Assembly: GCA_051294905.1 (NCBI GenBank)
Contig: CM119371.1
Coordinates: 31,622,001 to 31,686,000, forward strand
Length of the DNA: 64,000 bases
Source of the DNA: Botryllus schlosseri
Taxonomy: Eukaryota
Direction of reading: 5' to 3'
The notes beneath the pieces were generated by a model. The model had not been told where the DNA came from and made no database searches. It was given only the letters and a program-made list of their open reading frames with translations. The stretch's first letter is position 1, and each line of letters opens with the position of its first letter. The position numbers and the translations under genes are program-made. Positions 1 to 13,439 of this stretch are shown here, in pieces.

Positions 1-532
1 AGCAATTCTCGTCCTGCGCCCATGATAGCGTCCTTTCGCCTGAAGTGACATATAGCAGGCGTGTTACAGCTGCTGTACTGACAATGTTGGCGAGGGCAGT
101 AGTCATTCCTCATCAATATGAATCGATTATTTCTAGTGCAAATCAACCAAAGGCACACGCGACATGTTTAAAAAAGTATATACATAATTATGGAAAAACT
201 ATACAACTTTTGTAAAAAAAAAGTATCGTTAGTTTCTGGAAATACCGTGTGGTTTAAATATTGTTTAGAATATTATTCAAATGCAAGGCCGTGTTGTAAA
301 TGCAATTCTGGTTACCGGCGCCAGATCAGTGGAGCTCTTTCCCTCGTTACAACATAGGTTGCCCCATTCGGGTCGTTGACTAATGTTCACGAGGTCTTTG
401 TTGGAGAGGTAGGCCTATATTCGTACATGATTGGTGTGCTTCTTGCACGACAAAAGATGGAATGGAGAAACCAGCTCGATTGATGTAAACAAAAGCGTCG
501 ACTGCGCAAAGCGTAAGCACCCGCAAAGGGAT

Positions 533-763
533 TGTTTCTATGTGTCGGAGGTTTATCTGGGATCCTCATCGCCGATCCCGCTGTAACACAGCACATTGAA
601 AAGCCCTGACGAAGAGAGAGCCGAACTCTTGAAAGATGGCAGCTAAAGATCGCGTTCCAGGAGCAAAAGCACGAAGACTTCTGACATTTATGAAATTCAT
701 GTACTGGGCGCAAATGACTATAATAGCGATAAGCGCCAATGATGTAATAAAACAAACAAACAA
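533..763 (+). mobile_element. 231-bp retroposed insertion (5'-truncated non-LTR or Penelope-type 3' end)
   Basis: Flanked by direct repeat ACCCGCAAAGGGAT (519-532 and 764-777). Ends in AATAAA plus an (AAAC)n tail. Absent from the paralogous site near 5115-5126. Confidence 0.75.
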
Positions 764-1821
764 ACCCGCAAAGGGATCTCGTTGCTAATATATCCCCTTT
801 GGTGATTATTGAAGAATGCAGATAAAAGCTACCAGTTGATGCATTATGACTTCTTATTATCACCTTGAAGTCAAAATCATAAAGTCAATCCGTATCATTA
901 CACGGCTTCAATTATTTTACCAGGGTCCTTGTTTCGTTTACTTTTTGTATACGTTTATACGATTACCCGAATACAACATTTATTCATTAGATTGGTAATT
1001 GATATTTGTATTGGCGGGCTTATTTTTCAAGGGTTGTCATCGATAAAGTGTAAATACACGGCAAGTCTAAAGTACCAATCAATCGTGAGGTCATGTTTCA
1101 GTTTGTCTTCCAAAATGGGGTCATAAAGTTGAAAATTTGGTGAAACCCAGGTCGAAGCATTACTATTTGACTTGATGTTTTTGTGCGTGGCTTCTACATC
1201 CTCTGAATTAGGTTTTTAGGCGCAAAAGCCTGTCTATATGAATATAGGCTGTAGCAGATCTTCGCAATTCCAATATTCCAATGCTGCAATGTCGATTACC
1301 GAACAACATGTGTGGACGACCCAAAATCAGTTAGGTAAAATTAGATTCACAATCAAATAGCCGCCACAGTAAAATACCCAGTAAAAATGGTGTAGGGACG
1401 CTTTATTTAACTACCAGCCAAAACACAAGATTAAGTTGATTACTAGAAATTAAATTTCGATAATAAATGATTCTATTCAATTCCGACAACAAACGATTTA
1501 CTGAAAACAAAATAATACATGACAATTAATAGAAATCAAAAATAGAATTGCGTCTAAACAGTATCTGCCAAGTTTTCTCACGTCATTGACAAACCACTGT
1601 GCTTACTCTATCATATTGATCAAAGGCCGATACGTGTAATGAAAGGATAATTGAGATACGCGACTGTTTATTTTCTATGGTCTCATTGATACGCATCGTG
1701 TATGCATGCTCTCTCAGCAAAATACATGACGAATAGCATGTCATAGAAAAACAAAAACGTTTAGCTTTTTCAAGATGACATCTTCCGGTAGTTAAGATTG
1801 GCAATCCTGCATACACTGTGA

Positions 1822-2698
1822 CAGGGGCGGGCAACTTGTCCAGTCGGCGGGCCGGATATAGCAAAATTAAGTACTTGGCCGGCCGGATTGCTGAATCGAT
1901 ACATTATTCGCCCATTTATCCACATATACAAGGAATAAATCTTATTTAATGGATGTATTTTAACGACAGCAATGTCACTTCAAAGCCATTTCTCGAATGA
2001 CGAAGACAATGTGGATTGAGAATAGCATTGTCATACAGGCGCCGACATGTCTGCTTCTCTCTGATCAATCAACACACAGTGCAATCCTTACTTAAGATTT
2101 CATGGCGTTCGATAAGCCCGATACCCGAAATTTACCAAGATATCAATTAATTATGGTTGAGTACGTGGCGATATAGCGTCGTTGTTGAACTGTGTGGCCT
2201 AATTAATCTCGATATTGAATTCCTGCGACCCGCGTCCTTTACGAAATTTAAGAAGTTGCCCGCGACCCGTTTTGAGTTGGCGACCCCTGGACGGCATAAG
2301 ATGTGCCAAACAAAAGCCTAGACGTGTGCCGTGCTACAAGTCGGCAGTTACGGAATCAAAAATAAGAAATATCAGCCTGGTGTAAATAAGCATTGTAGTC
2401 GACAAACACCATGATTACCACAAACGACATTAGGGTTGAGTACATCGTAAATGCCGATAATGCGAGTCTTCTCGCTTCGACGAACTTGCGCGTAAGCTCC
2501 ACTCTCGCACGCTGCGCAGAAAACTCGTATAATAACATACAGTCACTAAAATTTGACGTAGTCAGCAAGCAGTGGGGACTCTCGGCAGACTGGGGCCGCG
2601 GACCACATTATCATGTAAGAGGGAAAACTGTCCGCGGGCCGGACAAAATTCCCTAGCGGGCCGGATCCGGCCTACAGGCCATATGTTGCCCACCCCTG
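1822..2698. mobile_element. Composite non-autonomous hAT (Charlie/Buster-like) element containing a SINE fragment
   Basis: CAGGGGCGGGCAAC...GTTGCCCACCCCTG termini. TSD cactgtga/cactatga. The empty site cactatga is present in the paralog at 6118-6125. Confidence 0.8.
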
Positions 2699-4621
2699 CA
2701 CTATGAAATATAAGTCGTTCAGATTGGATTGCTTTTATTGCATTCAACGCATGGTAATGCCACGACTGATATGTAACTAAAGGGAAAATAGTGAAACGAA
2801 TCTAATGTTTAATGCGAAAAGCCATATTGAAAATCTCACGGTATGTTTAAAAAAAGCTACATCATGCACAGGTTCATTGAAATGCGAGCATTTCGTGCGC
2901 TGATTGCATTTCAAGGTTGTAGACTCGGAGTCGGATGAGTTGAAGTCGGTGTCACAGAAAATCTGTAGCACTCCTTGGATTCGGAGACGAAGTTGTGGAA
3001 GCCCACACTGGCTGGAGCTGGAGTCTAATTCGGACTCCGACTCAAGGTACTTTAAAATCGAACCAAATCCTTCCGAATAATACGGTCGCAGTTACAAAAA
3101 GTTTTTAAATTGTTTTTATGCGTCCACCGCCATGCAGATAGTGGTCTGAAGTTACAAGCCAAATCATTTCATTTTCATCCACAGATGTTTCAATGAAGTG
3201 AGAAATCGTATTTAATGAAAAATGTTCACAGTGCAAAACCTAGCAAGGTTTGTTTATGAAAGGGACGGAACGCGCACGTGAGCTCACGTTCACACCATTT
3301 CTATACGCCGTAGCTTGTGAAATACGTCAAAATACGTCAATTATATAGAGTTGCATTATCTGGCGCAAACGCTCATTTGCATTGTGGAAATATAGGACAA
3401 AAATTACGATTGACATCACCGCGGTCGTTACAATATATACTCTCAAGAAATACGAATGCTTTACTGCATTCACTTCGCACCGAAATGGTTATGTAGGCTA
3501 CGCTCTCTTTGCATTCACTTCTGTAACTGCATCCTGATCCAACCCAGGGCCTCCCAACCCGAGGCGTGCAACGCTACCCGAACAAGAATCTTCCATACCA
3601 TCAACGGCACGTTTCAATCATAATAAATCGTATTCTAGACCGGATACGTCATCACTAGATTGTGATGTCTTAGCTTAAGACATCCTTTCTATTACTCTGA
3701 AGTCTCGACTACTCATCGATATTGTAAGAGCGGTTTTTAAATCACTATAACCATTTCCCATGATTTGCACTTCTCGTATATTTTGAGGTCATTCCCCTCG
3801 ACCTCTTGAGAACGCGTCCTCATACTAAAATTTTTGACATCTCTCGATGAAAGTCTCACACATCAAAGTAAATGCATATATAAATGTGAGTATGCTACGC
3901 TTAACGTGCACGTGCGAAATGGACAAGATGCAGACTACCATAGTTCTACGATACGCAGTTCCATGAAATATGATTCATTACCAAAAAGTCTTTGATTCAT
4001 TGACGTTGATGCCACTCAAATTTCTTCATCGTCGTATATTCATTGCATGTCATTTTGTATTGTTAGCTATGCATACATTAATGGCTTTTATAGTCATCGC
4101 AACTGCGTGCAGACCAGTTAATCATTGAAATTGGCTAAAGATTCTGCAAAACCAGACACTACTACTACTATACGAATGCTGGTGTGAAAGTGTAAGGCGA
4201 AAGAAAACATTTTGCATGGAATGATCATCGACCTTTTCCTTTACAAGGCACAGGGGGTTCACCGATTTCATCTATTACTTCACCTGATTCTTCCTCAGCA
4301 ATGATTCGATTCGATTCGATTTCATGGTAAAGTTCTTCGTTGCTAGTCTATCCAAGCATTTGGTTACCAGTGTCCGCGTAACCAACACACATAAAAATGT
4401 CACACACTGCGAATCTCACGGATAGTCGCGAATTTCTATTTCGTGTCACAATGCCGCAAACAGTCTACAATTGCGATGTTACAATATTGAGACATTGCTA
4501 TTGTTTTATATGGATTTCCCACTGGAAATATTAAGTTGATATAGCTCCATTGATGAAAGAATTTCGGAATCTTGTCTTAGATGAAGTAAAGAATATCTTT
4601 GACTAGGACTAAATCACCATG

Positions 4622-6290
4622 CAGCAATTCCCTCGAATGCGCTGATCAGGGCGTCCATTCATTTGAAGGGACATATAGCATGTCCATTATAACTTCTATA
4701 CTGACATTGCTTCCGGGGTGTCAATCATCCCAAATCGTTATAAGGCGATTATTTCTAGAGTAGATCGACCGGAGATACATGCGACATGTTTAAGAATTTA
4801 TTTATATAAATATGAAAAAAATCTTTACAACTTTTGTGAATACATATTGTTCGCTGATTTAAATAGCACTTGGTTCTAATATTGTTTATAAACTGTTGTA
4901 AATACCAGAGATTGTTTTAAATGGAGCCCCAGTTACCAGCGCTATATCGGTGAGCTCTTTCCCACATAACAATAAAGTTTGGCCCATATCATGAGTGATT
5001 GGGCTGTAGATATATTGGTATAATATCGGTGTGCTTGTAGTGTGACAACGACGGAGTGGCAAAACCAGCTTCATTAATGTACATAAAAGTTTTGACTGCG
5101 CAAAGCGTAAGCATCTACAAAGGGATCTCGCCGATAATATGTCCTCTTTGATAAATAATGATGATACAAGCCGCGAATGGATCACTTATGACTTTTTATT
5201 ATTAACTTGAAGTCAAAATCATCGGGCTCAATTATTTTACAAGGGGGCTTATTTAGTTTTCTTTTTGTATGACGTTATACATTTCCCTAATCCATCATTA
5301 ATTCAGTAAATTGGCACTTGATACTTACATTGGCCGGCTTAGTTATCAAGGGTTTTCATCGTCATAGTATAGATACATGGCTAGTCTAAATTGCCCATCA
5401 ATCGTGAGGTCATATTTAAGTTTGTCTTTAAAAATGGGGTCACACGATAAAAAGTTCAAGAAACCCGGATCGAAGCATTGCGATTTGATTTGATGTTTCT
5501 GCGTGGGATTTTGAGAACCTCTGACTCCGGGTTCTAGGCGAGGAAGCTTGTCTACTTGGATATATACTGTAGGAAATTGCTGCAATTCAAGCAGTCCAAT
5601 GCTGCAATGTTTATTACGGAACAAAATGTATGAACGATCCAAAGGTAGTGAGGTAAACTTGGATTTACAATCAATTAGCCGCCACTGTAAAATACCCAGC
5701 GAAAATGCTAGATGCGCGCTTCATATTACTACCAGCTAAGTGAGACAAGATAAAGTTGGCTACTGAAAATAAAATTTCGACAATAAAAATGATTCTATTC
5801 AAAGCCGACAACAATTAATGCATGACAATCAATACCAATCGAAGAGAGAATTGCGTTTTAACAGTATCTGCCAGGTTTTCTGAGGTCATTGGCAAACCAC
5901 TGCGAGTAATCGATGAAGTATTGATCAAAGGCTGATACGTGTTATGAAATGTCATTTGAGATACGCAAATGTTTATTGTATATGGTCTCATTAATCCGTT
6001 TCGTGGAAACATGTGCTACAGCAAAAGACATGACAAATAGCATGGCATCGAATAGTGAAAAAGTTTAGCTTTATTCTGACTATATCTTTCAGTAATTAAG
6101 ATTGACAATACTGCATACACTATGAAATATATGTCGTTCAAATTGGATTGCCTTTATTGTATTCAACGCATGGTAATGTCACGACCCGATATGTAACTAA
6201 AGGTCAAGTAGTTAAACGGATTTCATATGTAATGCGAGAGGCCATGTTAATATTATCGCAGTCGGTATATATGATAACCTACAATATGCA
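4622..6290. repeat. Diverged local duplicate, copy 2; probably decayed exons and introns of the LDLa gene family
   Basis: Colinear with 1-2880. Minus-strand fragments such as CDPIF..DLTIDG...YYDDENP are LDLa-like but degenerate. Confidence 0.75.
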
Positions 6291-6754
6291 CAGGTTGTAT
6301 CGATTGAACTTGCAATTAAAAGAGACTATGCAATTCCAAGTAGACCTACAGTTATTGCTGTCATATGCCTGTTTATACATCAAACGAAATGTTTGATATG
6401 TGAAGTTATCTAACGAGCGGCAAACCAAATTAAATCCATGATTTCCTAAATTTTAGTTTACAAAACCTTACGGAACACAACTCTAAACTTTTCGCCAACG
6501 GAAGTAGGTCTAGTACGATTACTCTATAGCCTTTTTAATCGAGATCTGTACGAGCCAACTCGGTCGCATGCCTCTCATCAAATTACGTGAGAGAAAAGGC
6601 GTTCAAATAAGCTCATTGCAAATGCATAATTATTATATATGCGCTTGACACACACGCGTAAGGTATGGTAAATGCGCCTTTAGATAATATCCTATATTTA
6701 TCTACAAAGAATATAACAACAGTAACGCTAATTATGTTATTTCCATATTGTTTT

Positions 6755-8465
6755 TTTTGGGGTATTCATGGTGTTTTGTCGACTACTATGGTCATTAACA
6801 CCAGGCCGATATTCTTGTTATTTTCCGTAACTGCAGACTTATACCACGGCCCACCTCTAGGCTTTTTGTAAGACACCGCTGACGCGGATGAGGTGGCAAG
6901 CCTACACTCTAAATTCCAAGCGTTAGATTAAAACACGAAATGACTTTTTTCCCTCTCTCGAGTTGCGTGATATCGAAGTAAACACCGTTCAAGCGAGAGA
7001 GCGAGGTCTGTTTTCGCGGGAGTGACATATATCGTGCTCATTCCTCATTTTCCTCTTATCTCCTAACATAAACTCACAAACGAAATGCGGTATCACGCGC
7101 TCGCTGGTGTGTCAGACGCGGGAATTCAGAGAGCGTTGATCGCATATTCTGTCGCATTTATCACGAGTGTCGAGTTGCGAGTCTTCTGTGCTAAGAGTCG
7201 AGCCGAGTGCGAGTATTATTAGTGATCGTACGTGATGGATTACGAATTAGCTGAATTCTTATTGGGAGACGGCATAGAACAAAGACATGTCGACGTATTG
7301 AAAGGTAAGTGTTAAGAATATCCATTACCTGAATCAATGCTATAAGACAGTTCATATTTACTACCGATATGCCAAAGTGCTGTCTTCCATTTCAACAACT
7401 CGACTGTTATTCGTTAACGTGCAATAACGCATTTTGGTTCATTGTAAGCTTTCAGATGCAGATATAATACAGCACGACAACATAGCAGCACATGACCACG
7501 TTTTTGTAGCAATCGGCAGAATGCAAAATTGTACAGTAAAAACGGGCTTAAGTTCCTGGCAAAAACAGTGTAGTATGGTATGATAATCCTTAACATTGGA
7601 ATATAACATCATGAAAAAATTACTAATATTGATTTTATTTAATATAGAGCCCGCGCAGACAAAGTTCAGCAGCGCCCTATCGAGTCGGTATTCTGGCTCA
7701 AGCAGCTTTACTGTTGCGACTAAACTATTCATAAACTGAGTGATTCTGGGCTTACTGATGTTTTGTCATCCAATGTCAACTTGTTAAGTAGCATTTCTGC
7801 AGATACACTCATTCATCCTCAGATGCACTGTGCTTGTTGCAACTAAAGGAAGCAAGAAAAACTTCTTATAAGGAACATTTTGGTCTTATTGAACCTGAAA
7901 GTGTCGAATTTATGATCCTTGGATTTCTACAAAAGATGATGATCGAGGACGAAAGAAATGGTTTTCACTAGAACTCCAAATATGTTCAATTCGAAAGAAC
8001 ATACCGCGAAGCGTGTTAGTAAGATTGCCGGAAATGCAATAAGGTTGGTGGTTCACCAACTGGAGGGCATGTGCATCTGAAGGAGGCGCCTGTTGCCTGA
8101 CATTTGAGCGCGGGACAGTATTTACTGTGCATGCAGCATAATAACCGTATTTTGCAATAAAATTTGTTATCATTTCAAGCTCTGTGTCGTTTTTCAGCAT
8201 GCCGGCGTAGCTATTTTCATTTTGAGCTCTGCGTCGGTATTTAACGCATGAGCGTTTAATTAAAACGTAAAAGTGTGAGACGTAATATGAGACACAATCG
8301 GACAGTTAAAAGGGGCTCACTTTTGGCGTTTAATTTTCCGTCTCATAAACGCTTTTGAAATTTAGAGTGTAGGTAAACCGCCAACACTTAGGTGTCGGAA
8401 TTCGGATTTCGACCTTGGTCGGACTCGAACCCGCACCCATTGGTGTTGCAGCCGCTATCTCGCCC
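6755..8465 (-). mobile_element. tRNA-derived SINE split by the CACTA-like insertion (parts ~6755-6904 and ~8370-8465)
   Basis: Body matches copies near 2290-2420, 50420-50617, 56990-57225, 57700-57850 and 63745-63895. Minus-strand B box GGTTCGAGTCC near 8421-8431. Confidence 0.7.
6905..8369 (+). mobile_element. Internally deleted CACTA/EnSpm-like DNA transposon
   Basis: Imperfect ~20-bp TIR CACTCTAAATT...AATTTAGAGTG, flanked by TA on both sides. It interrupts a SINE. Inside are an ATG-to-GTAAGT mini-exon (7235-7303, MDYELAEFLLGDGIEQRHVDVLK) and a fragment YKEHFGLIEPESVEF near 7867-7910. Confidence 0.6.
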
Positions 8466-8865
8466 CCCGTTTCCATATTGAAAAGAGAGACAATATTCCG
8501 TCAGCTGAAATTGGCTCAATCTTGCTCATCGGCTCCGTTATCCGCATCGCATAAATTGCAAGCTAACCTTTTATGCTTTTATCCACGGGTCTGAATCTTA
8601 AATGGGTTCGCGCGTCAATTTCCTATAGATTTTTATGATGCCGCAGATCGTTGCGTCAATGATAGGGTATTAAATGCGTTTACAAGTAAGCCTTATTATG
8701 ACGTGACCTTGGACCTTGTAAACTGGCATTCCATACACACCGTGGAAATGTGATGTGCTACCGTAATATTCATGCCATGAAAAAGTCACATTTGTAAATA
8801 ATTGTTGCTGTTCAATATTTAATATTTTAGTTTCTTGACACATTTGAATAAAATATTCATTTTAT

Positions 8866-8899
8866 TCCCGAAGCTTTTCGGCTGACCCTCGTCAGGGGA
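8866..8899 (-). ncRNA. Minimal type I hammerhead ribozyme of the Penelope element
   Basis: Minus strand reads UCCC CUGACGA GG-GUCAG-CC GAA AAGCUU C GGGA: stem I UCCC/GGGA, intact core, short stem II, palindromic stem III AAGCUU, UUC cleavage triplet. AATAAA follows directly. Confidence 0.8.
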
Positions 8900-9044
8900 G
8901 TATCGTCAGCAATAATGCGAGAATTCGAATAACTATGTTCAGCAACAATATATATCGCTAATTATGACGTAACACGGAAAATATACAAAGTTAGGAAAAC
9001 GAGAGAACTGAAGCGTTGGCATGGAGATAGCGAAGCAAAACAAG

Positions 9045-9944
9045 TTAATGCGCGATTTTCAAATGATACACAAATTCTTTCTGTTGGCATAGACTAGGTT
9101 TGCTCATAGTGATGATGGTGGACTCAAGAACAGACAAATGAAATAAATTGCGACCCTTAGCCAATATAGAGAACATGTCCTCGTGATAGTTAGCAGCACA
9201 CGTATGATTTTCTAGTAAATGTTTGCCTATAGAAGATTTTTGACCCATGGCCTGGTTATGTTCAAGAACAAGCGGATTGTTAAGCTGCGAATTTGAGATA
9301 TAAGATTTGACAGACGGTGGAATGTGTTCTTTGATACGGTCCTGCAACCGTTTGGAAGTTCTTCCTACGTACCGACAATCGCAGTGGCACTTGAATTCAT
9401 AAATTACGTTGCATTGTTTTATAGCCGGGAAAACGTCCTTACGGGATGCAGGAAACATTGGTATCGTGGTAAAAACAACATTGGTTTTCACCGCTGGATA
9501 ACAGCGGTAGACTGCTGAAGTTATCTGTTTCTCAAATCGATAAGAAACCGGGCCAATCCAAGGAAGATGAATGTACACATCCCTATTTTCACGCGAAATT
9601 ACTTCGGGGGTTTCTTCTGGTTTGGTATCATTCCAATGACTTAACTTTTTACTTATTGCCCGCTTAATAACATACTCTGGGTATCCGTTGTCAATGAAAA
9701 TTTTACGGATGTAGTCAAGTTCATTATTCAATTTGACCTCGGAACAAATCATCAACGCCCGGTGAACCAAGGTGCCGATTAAATTGATTTTACGACTTTT
9801 TGGGCTGAAAGAGCTCCATCGAAGGTAATGACCCGAAAATGTGGGCTTCCTATAAACGGAGGTAAGGAATTTGCCATCCCGTTTCTCCCCAAGAACGTCA
9901 AGGAATGCCAAGCGATTGTTAATTTTAGTTTCTACAAGCCACAC
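9045..9944 (-). mobile_element. 5'-truncated Penelope-like retroelement ORF: RT C-terminus/thumb plus GIY-YIG endonuclease
   Basis: 299-aa open frame with LAFLDV, YRKPT, LVHRALMICS, NGYP and VIYEFKCHCDCRYVGRT..LQDRIKEH motifs. Confidence 0.93.
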
Positions 9945-11157
9945 ACAATGTGCAAGCGATAAGACACAATGCGATGCAATGAATTTACAGGATGATGCCG
10001 AACGACCAGTTTTAGTTGCAGTTGCGGTCTGTTAAATTGGCAACCAGCTGGGCTATCTGTCCCGTTTGGTTTAACTTGTCAAAATAATGCGATGCAGACT
10101 CAATGCAGGAGGACAAATGCATCATGACATCGAAAAAGCCGCCGTGTAACAATATAGACGAATGCAAATGTTTATTTGGAAACCACCGAGTTATCATAGT
10201 TTGGTTGTTGTTTCCAAAATGTTTTACACAATAAAGACAGTACTTTAAATGTGGTACTTTTGTGGGTTATGTATGACTATGAGACAAAATGTTGTGGGTG
10301 CCAAACTCCGAAACATGACGTGCTAATGAAAAACGGGTGTGCTTAAATGGTAATGTCCCATCGTCGTATAAATTTTGTATCAAATGGTAAAGACATCACA
10401 AAGCCATCTTGTCTGATTCTATCCGGGAAATGTGAGCTTTGTAAAAAGTAAGTCGGTTCAGGTTTAAATCGTTTCGTCACATTAATCTCACGCCTCGGTG
10501 AGGCCAATCCATAATTTTTTTGCTGAAACCGATAATAGGAACCACTTAAACCCGAATAGTGATTGAACATTAATGAATCAAGTTCGATCCATCGGTGTTT
10601 ACAGTCAAGTACCGTGCAAAAGCAAGTGCGGCCAACACCCCGTCACCTTCGCGTAAAATATGTACCAATTGATCTCATTGTGAGTACAGCTGGGTAACAT
10701 GTGAATATAAACAATAGAAGTGTAGCTTTTGTGTATGAGTCAGCAACTAATACAGAGATCTACAAATTTTTCTCACTAGACACTATACTGATGAGAAGTA
10801 CACACTCTCTCACTGCCAATAAACAATACTCAGAAACGGAATTTGGGGAAGAGTCAAAAACATATGTCTGCATGCACTTAGTCAAGTATTTATGAACTAG
10901 GACTATTGTAAACATTAAACATCTGTTCGACCAAAGTGGCTGAGCTACTTACTGGAAATATTTTTGATTTTCTCAAGTGGGAAACAGTGTTTGTTTATAT
11001 TTGCATCAAAGTTACAAGTGATGTTGTCACTTACAAAACCAGACGATACATTAACTGTTTCCTAATAATATGGCATAATTCCAAAAATTGTACTAATTTG
11101 TGAGGACATCTGTAATTTTGAGTTGATCGCGATTTGGTTGAAATTTTTCCCTCGAAC

Positions 11158-11390
11158 CAAGTGGTTCTCAAACTTTTTTAGACATGCCCCCCTTTATGAT
11201 AATGAAGAATTTCGCACCCTCCCCCCTTATTTTCATATCACTAAATGCAACCAAAATGCTAGCATTCCCAAAGGATAGTTAGAGGACATGGAAGGTTGTG
11301 ACTGTTGATTGGGGGGAATATTAAATATTTGACTATACACGCAGCAATAAGTATGAATTGTAGGTAAATCCCAATTTGAGAACCATTACT
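11158..11390. mobile_element. Degenerate hAT-type MITE; same family as 35771-36066 and 40811-41119
   Basis: GTGGTTCTCAAA...TTTGAGAACCA ends. Shared internal text cccctttatgata(a/g)tgaagaatttcgc and aatgctagca. Confidence 0.6.
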
Positions 11391-11994
11391 CTAACCATTT
11401 GAATGGCAATTTGCAATAAATGTCCAATTTCATCAATATCGTCACTAATAACTGTGATTGTTTGTACATTCAAATCGTATTTTATGTATTACACAATGTA
11501 ACATTTTTTTGTTCCCAGGTTTTAATCAATTTTCCCTATTGCTTAGACCCAGTAAGTGTTAAAAATCAAATTTATTCATTATAAACTTTGCTTTTGTGGT
11601 TTAGAGAATGAACTTATAAAATCTCACTATTTTTGTGAAAAGAAATCAAAAATATGGCTAAACAGCATCCAAGATGGGTGTTAATTACTTTTAAAAGTTA
11701 ATATAATCTGCTATACTGGCCATTTTATATATATTTCTGTTTGCAGGGTTGAATTTAGAGGTATTGATATTTTATGATTTGCAATTAATAATTTATTAAA
11801 GTTTTTTTTTAATATAACTCGGAAGTAATTGCGGACTTCATGGTGGTAGCGTTTTTGACGGGTATGCAAGGGGATCAGTATCTTTAGCACCTTTGGCTTT
11901 GGGATAGTAGGGCTATCACAGAAAACTACAAAAAGCAAATATGGCCAAAACGACACGAATTTGTTGTTGGAGAGAAAAAAGTAAAGCAGACTCG

Positions 11995-12520
11995 ATTGAT
12001 TAACCCAAACAAAGTGCTTATGCCTCCCCTTCACATAAAAAGTGACCTTATAAAGCAATTTGTGAAAGCATGGGATAAAGGTGGTGACGTATTCCAGTTT
12101 CTCCCGATCTTGTTTTCTGAGCTAGCAGAAGCTAAAGTAAAGGTTATTGTATTTATCGGCCCACAAATTTAAATATTCTCAATCGACTGATTTTATCAAA
12201 ATGCTTAGAGATGTTGAAAAGAAGGCTCGGGATAGCCTCGCAGATGTGGTGAATGAATTCTTGGGCAATAACAAGCAATATACCTATGCAGAACTCGTTT
12301 CCAATTTGTTAAAGTCGTAGTGGAGCATAGGGTGCAGAATGTCCAGAATACTACATATGATTGAAGCTCACTTGGACGAGTTTAAAGATCATATGAGAGC
12401 TTATTCAGAAGAACAAGGTGAGCGATTGCATCAAGACATAAAAGATTGTGAAATGAGATATCAAGCGCAATATAATGCAAGCATGATGGGATATTATTTC
12501 TAGTCCTTAACGCGGTAAAA
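11995..12520 (+). pseudogene. Degenerate Chapaev3 transposase, catalytic region
   Basis: Broken frames give NPNKVLMPPLHIKSDLIKQFVKAWDK, FIGPQI, VVNEFLGNNK, GCRMS..LHMIEAHLDEFKDHMRAYSEEQGERLHQDI and EMRYQAQY. These match the PLHIKLGLMKQFVKAL / GERFHQDI pattern I recall for this family. Confidence 0.8.
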
Positions 12521-13439
12521 TGATGCAGAGTACAAAAGAAAATCCCGCAAAACATTCGATTTTTAATGATTTTATACTCGAACTGTTTTAGCCTGAAATA
12601 TTTATTTACTTTTGTATTTAACATTTAACGATGGTATTGATTAGAATACAGTTACCACATGCATCAAAATGCCTGCGCTTTGTGATTTGATCTTAATAAC
12701 AAAAATTCTAATTCGTTGCCTTTTATTATACAAACTCAGAATCAACCCTATGCCAGACAGAAAAATAGCCAAAAGTTTACTCTAATATGCTTTACGAAAA
12801 ATCAATCGAGTGCCTACGAATAACGCGTCAGAATATTTGATAAATAAATTGATAGAATATAACCTCTCAGTCGATGCCAAGCGATTAAAAATGGACTCAC
12901 ATCGATTAAAGACAGTTTGGTGAATATCCATTTCCTATAGGGCTAATCAGTATAACCATGCACAATGTTTCATATATTAGCAAATTAAAAACCATCACTC
13001 TCCTAACCACAAAATCAATGTTTGGAATGAACTATATTGCTTTTTCGAAGTTTCTTGGTGGGACAGATCCGGAAATATCAATTGAAACCTTGAAATAAAA
13101 ATCGTGCTATAAGTTGAAATCTAGCAAAACATCCCATTTTTATCGATTTTATACTTGAACTGTTTTAGCCTGAAATATTTATTTAGTTTTTCATTTAAAA
13201 TTGATTGGGATACAGTTAATACAGGACTGTGCAAATTCCCAAGTACCATGTACCAGCGATCAAAGACACTTCAGTAAATATGAATTTCCTATAGGATAAA
13301 TCGGTATAACCATGCAAAATATTGCACATAATAAAAAATTCAGAAAATCACTCTCCGAACCAAAAAAACAAATTTTGGAATGAACTATATTGATTTTGGA
13401 AGTTTCTAGGTGAGAGTGATCGGGAGTAGTTAGTATGAT

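Larger units (their letters stand above)
1..2880. repeat. Diverged local duplicate, copy 1 (paralogous to ~4622-6290); carries two insertions absent from copy 2
   Basis: Colinear similarity, e.g. 865 ttgaagtcaaaatcat vs 5207; 1078 caatcgtgaggtcat vs 5398; 1560 agtatctgcca vs 5863; 2743 ttcaacgcatggtaatg vs 6162. Confidence 0.85.

Noticed and set aside
8462..8755. Possible Harbinger-type MITE (gccccccgtttcca...tggaaatg)
   Set aside because: The right end is too degenerate and no TSD is identifiable.
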